DNA of 64,000 bases, taken from positions 3,197 to 67,196 of the forward strand of contig JAFQEK010000126.1 of the NCBI GenBank assembly GCA_017399025.1, given 5' to 3'. The DNA comes from Clostridia bacterium (GTDB lineage: Bacteria; Bacillota; Clostridia; Oscillospirales; CAG-272). The position numbers and the translations under genes were made by a program. Of this stretch, positions 1-9,089 are shown in pieces (the stretch's first letter is position 1; each line of letters begins with the position of its first letter). A model generated the notes under the pieces. It saw nothing but the letters and a program-made list of their open reading frames with translations. It had not been told where the DNA came from and ran no database searches.

Positions 1-1476
1 CACGGCAAAACCGTGGGGAATTCGATAATCCGATTTTCCCTCGATGATCGGACTGAACGTATGTCCGAAATCCATCAATCTTCGCAATTCCTTTTGCTCG
101 TAAAAATTGCTGTGCAAATTCATCATCATGGTTTGAATGGCAAGATCCGTAATGATCTGAAAATCTTCGAGCAATCTTACGTTCGTCCTGAGAGAAAGCG
201 GAGAAAATGCGGTTTCTGCATGGGAAAACGACGAAACGATCTGCGGACAATCCGCAATCCCCGCTTTTAGAATTTCCGAAATACCGCAAACGAAATCCTC
301 CTGCGGCAGAGAAAACAAGAAATCCGTACAATTGATGACTAAAGAGGGAGGATAAAACGATCCCAATAAATTTTTACTGCTTTTATAGTTGATGCCCACC
401 TTAATACCAACGCCTGCATCGATTTGACCGACCAATGTTGTGGGAATCCTGTAATAGGAAACCATTCTTCGGTATTGCTGCGCCGCAAACCCAACAGTAT
501 CCAAAATCACGCCGCCGATACCGATCATTACGCCGTCTCTCGGCAGAGCGGTTTCCATTGCGCGAACAATAACCTTTTCCAGATTTTCCGCATCCTTCTT
601 TTCCCCACCATCTTCCAAAGGAGAAAGTTTCAGAATGTTGTAATCGGTATTTTCAAATATTTCACGAACTTTCCTTTCCAAACCGCCCCCATACAATGCA
701 TCCAGATGCCCGTCCAGCACGACGAGTGCTTTTTTACCGTCAAGTTCCTTCAAAAGGATATCACGCGCCATGAGAAACGAAGGCACACGAAAAATCGGAA
801 ATGCATGCCTGTGAGAGGTATTGACCGACAGCACGGGACTGTTGCCATAAACACCCGTATAAATACCATCGTTATCTTCCCCGCACTTTTGAAGATATGC
901 ATAAAGTCCGAGCAAGTTTTGCGTGCTTTCTCTTTCTGCATCGGCATCTGTGAAAAATTTCTTTTCTGACTTTTTTTGAAGCACAGCAAGGAAATCCTTG
1001 CGTAAAGCTGTAAATTCCACTCCGCCGAGACGGCTGAAAGAAATCAGCATCGTTTCCAACCCCATTGCAAGCGCAATCGGCATAATGCCGGCACAGCTGC
1101 GGTTCATAAACAAAAGCGTTCTGCTTCCATACCTATTTTTCAGGAAAGTACCGATATTGAGGGAAGTCCTTGAAGGATTCCCGTTATCATCCGAGAAAGG
1201 GGCCCAAACCCCCTCCTCACTGATCTCTCCCGTAGCGCAAACCGCAATCGGCAACAAAAACGGATGGATTTGCGGATAAACATCCCGTACATTTTGCGCA
1301 GTCAGGTCAAAAGACTGACCAAGCATAGAAAAAACGCAATCAGGGAACTTCGTTTTTTCATCGGCATATTTCAGAAAACATGCTTTATGAAAAATTCCCC
1401 GATGCAGATATCCGCCAAAAATACCTTTCTCACTAATATCTGCCGCAAGCAATATATAATTTTCCGTAAATGCCAA
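1..1476 (-). CDS. DHQS-fold (sugar-phosphate-cyclase-like) protein, paralog 2, with a ~225-aa unrecognised N-terminal extension. The C-terminus lies beyond the window edge.
   Basis: This ORF is absent from the ORF track because it has no stop codon inside the window. I translated the minus strand myself. Reading from TTG 1476 (AAGGAGG at 1484-1490, 7-nt spacer), the frame stays open for 492 codons down to nt 1. The motifs GIGGGVILDTVGFAAQQY, RIPTTLVGQIDAGVGIKVGINYKSSKNLLGSFYPP and DFGHTF...IPHGFAV fit the dehydroquinate-synthase fold, and the protein is a clear paralog of 5216-6970. All the short plus-strand ORFs listed in 13-1518 are shadows of this gene. Confidence 0.75.
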   Translation of the reverse strand, partial: MAFTENYILLAADISEKGIFGGYLHRGIFHKACFLKYADEKTKFPDCVFSMLGQSFDLTAQNVRDVYPQIHPFLLPIAVCATGEISEEGVWAPFSDDNGNPSRTSLNIGTFLKNRYGSRTLLFMNRSCAGIMPIALAMGLETMLISFSRLGGVEFTALRKDFLAVLQKKSEKKFFTDADAERESTQNLLGLYAYLQKCGEDNDGIYTGVYGNSPVLSVNTSHRHAFPIFRVPSFLMARDILLKELDGKKALVVLDGHLDALYGGGLERKVREIFENTDYNILKLSPLEDGGEKKDAENLEKVIVRAMETALPRDGVMIGIGGVILDTVGFAAQQYRRMVSYYRIPTTLVGQIDAGVGIKVGINYKSSKNLLGSFYPPSLVINCTDFLFSLPQEDFVCGISEILKAGIADCPQIVSSFSHAETAFSPLSLRTNVRLLEDFQIITDLAIQTMMMNLHSNFYEQKELRRLMDFGHTFSPIIEGKSDYRIPHGFAV

Positions 1477-1489
1477 ATCCAACCCTCCT

Positions 1490-4400
1490 TTATCGGTACA
1501 TTTCTACCAATCGTTTGATTTCCGTGTTTTGCTCCTCATTCTGAATCAGCTTGCAATTTTTCACAAATAAACCGGGAACAAACTCTATTTCTCCGCAAAT
1601 CTGAAGTTTTTCCGGAGAAAACAAAATTTCTTTGATTTTTCCGTCCTCGGAATAAGAGATGAAATGCGAATCATCCGTTTTCTTCAAAATGAAAATACGG
1701 GAATCATGTGGTTTTTCTTCCAAAATCTTCTCTGCCCCCCGATAAACCAATAATTCTCCTTTGGCATTGGATAACACCATGAATGCACCGAACGTAATCA
1801 CGGAATACAAAGAGGACGGAACACCTTTCAAATAATTGTCTTTTGCAAATATGCCCGTTTCATTTTTCCCATTGACAACGGAAAACGCATTGACATAACC
1901 CTTTCGTGAAGAAACAATCAAAGTTTTCCGTCCGGAATCGCTGTCACACATTTCAGCCGCGCAATAGGGCCAATCTCCTCGCGCGCGTTCGCTTTCCTGC
2001 AAAACTGCATTGGTCAGCATAGCGCAGACTTTCAATCTGCCATTTTCTGTTTTCCATATGCCGATTTTGTTTGTCCAATGTAAACTGACAATCAGATCGC
2101 AACCGTTGTGATCTGGCATATAATAGATGCTGTTGACGGCAGTTCCGGGAATTCTCTCATGCGTGCAAAACGCAGTATTGGAATCCAGTTGTCTGATCTG
2201 ACCGTTTTCCGCCGACCACAGGAAAACCTCATTGGAAGAATTGATACTGACGAAAAGATTTTCTCCCACCGTTTCTACGTCGTCCATACAGATTCCCGTT
2301 TTGGGTGTTCTGCTCAATATCTTTCGTTTTTCGATATCCCATAGAGAAAGACTTCCGTCAATCAAAGCCGAAACCAAATATTTTCCGTTCAATTCGCAAA
2401 TGGAATACGCTCGGATGTCATTGTCAAACAAAAACCATTCGAAAGCATTGTTTTTCAGAGAAAAACGCTTAATACTGCCGTCCGTACTCGGAAGATACAA
2501 GCTTTCTCCTTTCGCAGAGTGCAGGATTTTACGAATCCAATAGGATTCGCCCTTGAAACAGTCAATAACTTCTCCCTGTTTCATATCATAAATTTTGATG
2601 GAAAAATCACGGGAAGCTGTAATGATCAACCCGTTTCTCACGATAATATCTTCAATCACATCGTCGTGCGTATACAAACATTCGTAGGTTTCCCTGTTCA
2701 GATTCCAAAGGACGACACTGTGATCCTGATAAACGGCAACGGATTTTCTGAAATTTTCGCAATAAACTGCCTTGAGCGGAATGGAATCAGGATATTCCAA
2801 TCTTTTTGTTTCTTCCGTATCTTCATCGTACAGCATCAAGGTATCCGTAACCAAAAGCCATTCGCATTCATCCGTCTCGGTATTCAGATCCATCCATTGA
2901 ATTTCACCCACATTGTCTATTTCCGTACGGAATGATCCCGTCTCCGGATTCAATTCTTTGATTTGTCCCGACTCCGTGCAAACGTATGCTTTTCCGGCAT
3001 ACGTATTGTATTTTGCCGTAATGATTTTTTCATTCAGATCCGCCAAGGAAACAATCTTGTCCAATGCAAAACCGGAACGGAAAACCTTTCCGTCTTCGGT
3101 AAACAAGAGAATCTCCTCCTGCATTTTTTCCATGCGGATGACTGCGCGATTGCAAATTTGTTTTTCGGCGACTGTTTGCAGATAATGTTCTTTTGTGATC
3201 CGAATTCGAAGCACAAAACCATCCGATGTGGAAGCATAAACGAATCCGTTTATATATTCTACGCAAACCGCCTGCTCATGTCCCGACGGCAGCGTAAATT
3301 CACAATAGCTCAAGGGAACATTCCATAATTTGATTTTTCCGTCTCTTCCGCACGAAACAAAGATGTCATTATCGATTTCCGCAATGGAAAATACCCATTG
3401 TAAATGACCTTGCGGAAGGAAACGCAAATAATCAATACGGCAATTTTCAATCCGTGTATTAACGGTTTTGTTTCCGCGGTTCTGAGAAAGAAGGATCCCG
3501 TTCAGACCGTATCCCGACAAGTCAAGATTGCGGTAACGGTAGCCGTAAAGTCCTCCGTGAACTTTCAGCATGAGATCGAACAAATTTCGCACTGCAAGAT
3601 AATAACCCGGTACTTGACGATCCACAAAGCTGACCGCCGTAATGATTTCATGAATATGTTTGCCAGAATCCGTCTGCGCTTCGCCGTTTCCGTCATGCAA
3701 AATCTCTTCTCCGTAGAGCTGGCAGAAATAAACGGCGATCGTATTCGGCATGATTCTGTAAAAAAGATCCGATTTTTCCAATTGCAGATGTGTCTGATTG
3801 TAAATATGCAGCGCACTGAAAAAATCACGGAAAATCTGATGGTAAAAACTGTAACTGACACCGCGCCGTTCTCCGCCACGCATATTATTTTTGACAATGA
3901 CCGCAAGATCCTTTACAATATGGCTTTCAATCTGGCTAACGGGAATATTTTTTGTCAGTTCCAAAATTTCATCGTATTCATCATTGTCGATATCCAACAA
4001 CTCTTCAACGGATTCCAATCGGTCAACACGCAAAACCTCTTTCAGAAACTCCATAGCCTGTATGACAGATTTTCTAAGCTGCTCTCCATTGATATTAAAT
4101 ACGCATTGCGTTTCCATACTGTATCCGATGTACGGCAGAATCAAACGGTAGATCAGTTTTTCTTTTACATCGGAGGAACGCTTTTCCTGACACAGGCAAT
4201 ATTCCCGCAAAAGCATTCCCTCATTGGTCAGACTGCTGACTTTATCCGCATCGGAACGTTCCGTTCCGATTTGCTTATAAATGGAAAACATCATCGGATT
4301 CTGAATGATCTTCAAAAGTACGGGAGAAGCGGGGACCTGTAACCCCGCACGCAGAAGGAGATTTTTGACCGTTTCCTCCGAAAATCCGTGAACCGTCACC

Positions 4401-5200
4401 TTGAATAGCTCCAATCGGTCCGCGCCTTTGGTTTCACAACGGCTCGTGAGAACCATTTTCACATTGGGAAGCTCTTCCAATTTCGAAATATCCGCAAGAA
4501 TCCGTTCACGGTCCTTTTCATCGCGGAGTTCGTTGAAACCGTCTAACAGCAGGATAAAGCAGAATTTAGGATAACTGCGGAAATACTTGATCAATGTTTT
4601 CTGCGCTTCTTCTCCGACGGTGTCCCGGTTCCAATATTCCTTGCAAAGCGTTTCGGAAACGAAATATTCTCCGTCATGGTTCACGATTTTATTGAGCGCT
4701 ATAAAAAACGGCAATCGGCGTCCTTTGACCGCACCCCGTTTTCCGTTGGCAAGCGAACGGTAGACTACATATTGAAGCATGGTCGTTTTTCCTGCGCCTC
4801 CCGTAGCGACAATTTCAATATTTTTTTCTTTGGCAAGGACATCTTCAAGCTTTTCATATTCACCGTCTTCGCCCTCAATCTTCGGAAAAACAATATCTCT
4901 GTAAAATGACTCGCTGTACCCCTTATTTTTTATATGTTCCGAAAGCTGCGTTTCCATGCGTGCCGCTACAGGTTTCAATTTTCTGTTCTTGATAAACGAC
5001 ATTTTGCTGATCAGAATACCTAAAATCAAGAGCACGAGCAAGCTTAACGCAAGAATCAGTGCGATCTCCGGTCCCCAGCCAAGCAAGAAACTTCCGGCAG
5101 CTGAAAGTACGGGAACAATCAACGTTACCAAAAAGTCCTTTATCAAATCTAACACAACATCACTACTGATATCTTTTAATTTTTCTTTGATGTTTGCCAT
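1490..5200 (-). CDS. Membrane-anchored STAND NTPase: two N-terminal TM helices, a NACHT P-loop module, a helical linker and a double WD40-like beta-propeller.
   Basis: The ORF is 1236 aa. Hydrophobic helices lie at about aa 22-42 and 45-66. Walker A is VATGGAGKTT (aa 131-140, nt 4781-4810). Walker B is FILLLDGFNE (aa 215-224), the NACHT-type hhhhDGhDE pattern. The C-terminal ~640 aa contain about 13 blade-end motifs (GRDGKIKLWNV, DHSVVLWNL, SRDFSIKIYDM, STDGSIKRFSL, IDGSLSLWDI, NEVFLWSA, NKIGIWKT, SEDGKIKEILF and others). ATG 5200 lies 15 nt after the upstream stop, and the TAA stop at 1490-1492 overlaps the RBS of the next gene. Confidence 0.85.
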   Translation of the reverse strand: MANIKEKLKDISSDVVLDLIKDFLVTLIVPVLSAAGSFLLGWGPEIALILALSLLVLLILGILISKMSFIKNRKLKPVAARMETQLSEHIKNKGYSESFYRDIVFPKIEGEDGEYEKLEDVLAKEKNIEIVATGGAGKTTMLQYVVYRSLANGKRGAVKGRRLPFFIALNKIVNHDGEYFVSETLCKEYWNRDTVGEEAQKTLIKYFRSYPKFCFILLLDGFNELRDEKDRERILADISKLEELPNVKMVLTSRCETKGADRLELFKVTVHGFSEETVKNLLLRAGLQVPASPVLLKIIQNPMMFSIYKQIGTERSDADKVSSLTNEGMLLREYCLCQEKRSSDVKEKLIYRLILPYIGYSMETQCVFNINGEQLRKSVIQAMEFLKEVLRVDRLESVEELLDIDNDEYDEILELTKNIPVSQIESHIVKDLAVIVKNNMRGGERRGVSYSFYHQIFRDFFSALHIYNQTHLQLEKSDLFYRIMPNTIAVYFCQLYGEEILHDGNGEAQTDSGKHIHEIITAVSFVDRQVPGYYLAVRNLFDLMLKVHGGLYGYRYRNLDLSGYGLNGILLSQNRGNKTVNTRIENCRIDYLRFLPQGHLQWVFSIAEIDNDIFVSCGRDGKIKLWNVPLSYCEFTLPSGHEQAVCVEYINGFVYASTSDGFVLRIRITKEHYLQTVAEKQICNRAVIRMEKMQEEILLFTEDGKVFRSGFALDKIVSLADLNEKIITAKYNTYAGKAYVCTESGQIKELNPETGSFRTEIDNVGEIQWMDLNTETDECEWLLVTDTLMLYDEDTEETKRLEYPDSIPLKAVYCENFRKSVAVYQDHSVVLWNLNRETYECLYTHDDVIEDIIVRNGLIITASRDFSIKIYDMKQGEVIDCFKGESYWIRKILHSAKGESLYLPSTDGSIKRFSLKNNAFEWFLFDNDIRAYSICELNGKYLVSALIDGSLSLWDIEKRKILSRTPKTGICMDDVETVGENLFVSINSSNEVFLWSAENGQIRQLDSNTAFCTHERIPGTAVNSIYYMPDHNGCDLIVSLHWTNKIGIWKTENGRLKVCAMLTNAVLQESERARGDWPYCAAEMCDSDSGRKTLIVSSRKGYVNAFSVVNGKNETGIFAKDNYLKGVPSSLYSVITFGAFMVLSNAKGELLVYRGAEKILEEKPHDSRIFILKKTDDSHFISYSEDGKIKEILFSPEKLQICGEIEFVPGLFVKNCKLIQNEEQNTEIKRLVEMYR

Positions 5201-5215
5201 TGATGATTCATCCCT

Positions 5216-6970
5216 TCATTCAAAAATATGCGCAATCGCACACAAATCCCCGTATGCGAGGTCCATTTCCCGATAAAATTTTTCCTCGCTCCACACAGCA
5301 GTCAAATGTTCTCCGCAGTCTCGGCAGGAATCAAAGTTCAAAAAGCCGGCTTTCCCCTGACCGACAGGAACAACGAAATTCAAATTACCGTCCCTTTTAA
5401 CCAATATGGGCCCCACAAACGCATCTCGGATTCTTTCATATTCCTTTGCAAATATACGCAGACAAAACGGTTTTACGATACGGTATTTACGGAAAATCTC
5501 CAAAAGAAAACGATAATATTCTTCCGTAATCCAGCCATTGCGGTAAGACAATATCACACAAAACAGCATCTCCAATGCCACAGCATACCCATGGCTCATG
5601 CCGTTATTCTCCAGACATCCGATGAAAGAATGTCCGAAATCAAAATATCTGCCCTTGCTTTCCGTTTCATACGGATCGTTCTTCAGAAGATTCAAGATGG
5701 AAATTCCCGCTCGTGTTATAATTTCATAAAATAGTTTTCTCTGTTCCTTGCTTTTTCCGTTTTTAATCTTTTCAAAAAAATCCGCATCCAATCTCATGAG
5801 TTCTTTCAAAAGTCCGAAATCGCAGATCATGGCAATCTTGATAATTTCAGCAAGTCCGCATTCCGTCTTTTTCCGATTCAAAACTTCAATAAACTCGAAA
5901 GAATTGATCACAAATTCCGCAGGATAAAAAGAGCCCAGCAGATTTTTTCTGTTTGCATAATGAAACCCAACCTTGATACCGATTCCCGCATCGATCTGTC
6001 CGACCAGTGTCGCCGGAATTTTGATCCATGGAATCCCCCTTTTATAAAGCGATGCCGCGCAGCCCACAAGATCAAGCAACACGCCTCCGCCGATTGCCAC
6101 GGCGTAAGTATCTCTTGTCACATGATTTTCTATCATAATATCCAAAATCCGTTTCATGACACCGCTGTCCTTTTTTTCGCCGTTCGCGCCGTAGGTTGTG
6201 ATAGGAAATGCCTTGAAAACAATGGATTCTTCAAAAAATTTTTTGTAATATGCGGCCTTTTCGTCCGGCAAAGATTCAAAAAACACGCGGTCATAAAAAA
6301 CGATCGTTTTGTTTTTTTCAAAAAAATCCGAAACAGAGGAATTCTCCGTAAAACGTTCCGTGAAATAAACGTCGTACGCCAAATGTGCGCTCGGTGATGT
6401 ATGAATTCCGACCATCCCGTATTTTTCAATCAAACGGTTATTTTTTTCACGAAAAACAGGCTTGCCGGTTTCAAGATACGCAGAAATCAACGTTTCAACC
6501 GTACAGAAATGCATTTTACCGTCTGCGCAGATCAGAAAACCGTCCTGCCTGGCTTCCTTTTCTCCCGCATATACATAGGCATCCGAAAAAGCATCGTAAA
6601 GAAATTCCGTTCCGTTCGGAAATGAGCAGGTGTAATTTCTTCCCCGGATCGTCAAATGCAATTTGGCATAAACAGGAATCAGCGATTCCATATCGGTAAA
6701 AACAATATGCGTATGCGCGTATTCCTCCGTGCGAATCGAAAAACGCTGTTCCGCATAAAGAAAAATCTCCACAGCGTACAGCTTCTCCCAATATCCGATA
6801 TACGGAAGATCGGATAGCTTCTCTGCAATCACCTTGTCCAAAAGCATGATAAAAGCTTCTTTTTCATAGGACGGAATCGGCTCTTCCGTTGGCAAAATTC
6901 TTTTCCGTCCGTCCGATTCATAATAAAGAAAACGTATTTTATTTCCGCAAGCGTTCACAACAATTCTCAT
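5216..6970 (-). CDS. DHQS-fold (sugar-phosphate-cyclase-like) protein, paralog 1, with a ~200-aa unrecognised N-terminal extension.
   Basis: The ORF is 584 aa. The C-terminal ~385 aa carry AIGGGVLLDLVGCAASLY, KIPATLVGQIDAGIGIKVGFHYANRKNLLGSFYPA, FDFGHSFIGCLE and SHGYAVALE, which are the nucleotide-binding, Lys/Asn and metal-His motifs of the dehydroquinate synthase superfamily. I recognise no motif in the first ~200 aa. Confidence 0.8.
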   Translation of the reverse strand: MRIVVNACGNKIRFLYYESDGRKRILPTEEPIPSYEKEAFIMLLDKVIAEKLSDLPYIGYWEKLYAVEIFLYAEQRFSIRTEEYAHTHIVFTDMESLIPVYAKLHLTIRGRNYTCSFPNGTEFLYDAFSDAYVYAGEKEARQDGFLICADGKMHFCTVETLISAYLETGKPVFREKNNRLIEKYGMVGIHTSPSAHLAYDVYFTERFTENSSVSDFFEKNKTIVFYDRVFFESLPDEKAAYYKKFFEESIVFKAFPITTYGANGEKKDSGVMKRILDIMIENHVTRDTYAVAIGGGVLLDLVGCAASLYKRGIPWIKIPATLVGQIDAGIGIKVGFHYANRKNLLGSFYPAEFVINSFEFIEVLNRKKTECGLAEIIKIAMICDFGLLKELMRLDADFFEKIKNGKSKEQRKLFYEIITRAGISILNLLKNDPYETESKGRYFDFGHSFIGCLENNGMSHGYAVALEMLFCVILSYRNGWITEEYYRFLLEIFRKYRIVKPFCLRIFAKEYERIRDAFVGPILVKRDGNLNFVVPVGQGKAGFLNFDSCRDCGEHLTAVWSEEKFYREMDLAYGDLCAIAHIFE

Positions 6971-6991
6971 ACGGAAAATCCTTTCTTAAAT

Positions 6992-7735
6992 TTACTCCTT
7001 TACCCCCGGCGCTTCCGGCGGCGTTGTGGTCCGAAGCTCCAACTGGCTGATGCAAAGATTTTTAGAACCGAGCATAAGCTCTGCTACCGAAGCCACAGCT
7101 TCCGCCACGTCGGAAGGCGTCATTTTCAAATCCGCATTTGCGGAAAACCGTCTGGAAAAACCCGTGTTGACGCTGCCCAAAGAAACGTAAGTCACGCAAA
7201 TACCGTCTTTTCTGTATTCACAGAACAAATCCTCGGAAAAAGTTTTCAGAGAACCCTTGGAAGCGGCATACGCGATGTTCCCCGGGACATATTTTTCTAC
7301 CGAATAGCTTCCGATGTTCACAATAATGCCTTTGGGATACCCCTCGTTTTGCAAAAAAAGCGGAATCAGTTCTTCGCAAAGCATAACGGGTCCCATAAAA
7401 TTAACCGCAAAGATCCGCTGCCAGTCCTCCGCTCTTATATTTGTAAATGAATCAAAGACACCAACGCCCGCATTGTTGATCAGAATTTTCAGCGAACCGA
7501 GAGCATCCTGCGCAGAGGTTACAAACGTTTTGATCTGCGCTCCGTCGGCAACATTGCAAGCTCTCGCAAAATAACGGTTATCGGGGTATCTTTTTTTCAA
7601 TTCTTCCGAAAGCAAAAAACAGTCTTCCTCTCTCCCCGAACAAAACGCGATATCAAAGCCTCTTTGCGCAAATGCATAAACAAGCGATCTTCCGATGCCG
7701 CGCGTGGCTCCCGTAATCATAACTGCCGGTTTCAT
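6992..7735 (-). CDS. Short-chain dehydrogenase/reductase (classical SDR).
   Basis: The ORF is 247 aa and carries TGATRGIGRSL (TGxxxGxG), NNAG and YAASKGSL (YxxxK). Its ATG overlaps the cupin stop by 4 nt (ATGA, 7732-7735). Confidence 0.9.
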   Translation of the reverse strand: MKPAVMITGATRGIGRSLVYAFAQRGFDIAFCSGREEDCFLLSEELKKRYPDNRYFARACNVADGAQIKTFVTSAQDALGSLKILINNAGVGVFDSFTNIRAEDWQRIFAVNFMGPVMLCEELIPLFLQNEGYPKGIIVNIGSYSVEKYVPGNIAYAASKGSLKTFSEDLFCEYRKDGICVTYVSLGSVNTGFSRRFSANADLKMTPSDVAEAVASVAELMLGSKNLCISQLELRTTTPPEAPGVKE

Positions 7736-8079
7736 CCGTCCACCTTACCTTCAAACACCAGAATCACCAGATTTTCATCCGTATTATTTTCCAAACCGTG
7801 CCAATCTCCGTTGCGAGCAAGAATCACATCATTGGCGGAAACGCATTTTTTCGTTCCGTTCAGTGTAATTTTTCCCGAACCGGAAAGAATTACGTATACT
7901 TCTTCCGAACCGACGTGCTGATGATAACCGATCGTTGTTTTCGGAGGCATGACGGTATAATCCAAAAATTCAATTCCCGAGGCAAATTCCCGATCCAAAA
8001 CTCTGCGAAAAATAATTTCCCCTTTTCCTTCATGCGCAACGATATGCTCTGCGCTTTTCGTATATAAATTCGTGATCAT
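7732..8079 (-). CDS. Small metal-binding cupin (cupin_2-type; possible sugar isomerase/epimerase).
   Basis: GYHQHVGSEEVYVILSG (HxH...E) and GDWHGLEN (H...N) are the two cupin motifs. I prefer ATG 8079, which forms an ATGA overlap with the HAD stop at 8076-8078. The ORF-track start at 8145 would overlap the HAD gene by 70 nt. Confidence 0.8.
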   Translation of the reverse strand: MITNLYTKSAEHIVAHEGKGEIIFRRVLDREFASGIEFLDYTVMPPKTTIGYHQHVGSEEVYVILSGSGKITLNGTKKCVSANDVILARNGDWHGLENNTDENLVILVFEGKVDG

Positions 8080-9044
8080 TGAATCACACCGCTCCTTTTC
8101 ATATATTCTTCCGTACCCTTGCACAAATGCTGTTCGCCGTCCCATAAAACGACATTGAATCTTTCGGGAAGTTCCCCTTTCGGTTCCTCTCGGAAATCGA
8201 TTGCCCTCACATCATGCGGAAACGCTTCGCACATATGCGTATCCGTTCCGCCGTTAACGGTCGAAAATTTATCTCCCCAAATTTCCAGAGTCAAGGGCAT
8301 TTCCTCTTTTGAGGGAATGTTTTCCCAATACCCTGCCGCTTTTCCGTGATACATGATCGCTTCAATCGCGGTTGTTTTCGTTACACCCTTCACCGCAAAG
8401 TCCACAGCAAAGGTTCCTGCGGCTCTGGCGGTGATCGGAATATTCTTTTTCTCAAAAAGTTCGTTTGCATGCCGAATGATGGAAACACGCAAATCGCGGT
8501 CCGGCAATAAATAAGGAACTCTTTCCTTGAAATAACCGTACTGTTCATCATTCAGATTACAGCCGTTTACTACTTCAAAGGTAATCTGCGCCCTGCGATC
8601 CTCGTACATGATGATTTTCGGATCTCCTCCCGAAACCTCGGCAAACCGATCGCGCGGCATGGTTTCCAGTACGAGGAATCCGAAATCATCAATGATACCA
8701 CGGAGAATTTCTCTCCATTCCCGTTTCATTTCCTCAGTAAATTTGTCTTCATACATGCTGTAAAACGGCGCTTCTGCCAGTTTCCCGTCTGAAAACCCCC
8801 AGACCTCTGCGCCGCTGCAAGTGCCCAATAAAATCTGATTTCTGTATATAGGATGTAAACGACGGACAATTCTTTCGCAAATATTTTGTTCACCCTGTCC
8901 GCTTATGAAAAAAAAACGTTTTCCACGTTCAAGCATTGCGTTAAGTCCGCTAATAATGTTTTCGCTGGCGGGTTCATATACATCTGCCAAGGTATCGTCC
9001 ACGTCCGAAACGATAATCCTGAGCGAATTACGCATGGTAAGCAT
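8076..9044 (-). CDS. HAD-superfamily phosphatase with a large cap (HAD-IIB-like).
   Basis: The ORF is 322 aa. Motif I is SDVDDTL (DxDxT), followed by FISGQ and a C-terminal GDKFSTVNGGTDTHM acidic motif. GAAAGGAG lies 10 nt upstream of ATG 9044. This is the first gene after the promoter at 9090-9118. Confidence 0.75.
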   Translation of the reverse strand: MLTMRNSLRIIVSDVDDTLADVYEPASENIISGLNAMLERGKRFFFISGQGEQNICERIVRRLHPIYRNQILLGTCSGAEVWGFSDGKLAEAPFYSMYEDKFTEEMKREWREILRGIIDDFGFLVLETMPRDRFAEVSGGDPKIIMYEDRRAQITFEVVNGCNLNDEQYGYFKERVPYLLPDRDLRVSIIRHANELFEKKNIPITARAAGTFAVDFAVKGVTKTTAIEAIMYHGKAAGYWENIPSKEEMPLTLEIWGDKFSTVNGGTDTHMCEAFPHDVRAIDFREEPKGELPERFNVVLWDGEQHLCKGTEEYMKRSGVIQ

Positions 9045-9089
9045 TCCGAAAAAACTCCTTTCGTAAAAAGTATTTTAAGTTTTATATTC

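Noticed and set aside
13-1518. Four plus-strand ORFs (85-181 aa) and one minus-strand 79-aa ORF are listed by the track in the first 1.5 kb.
   Set aside because: They lie in the shadow of a 492-codon open minus-strand frame (1-1476) with clear DHQS-fold motifs. The track omits that frame because it has no in-window stop. The listed ORFs have no motifs and odd composition.
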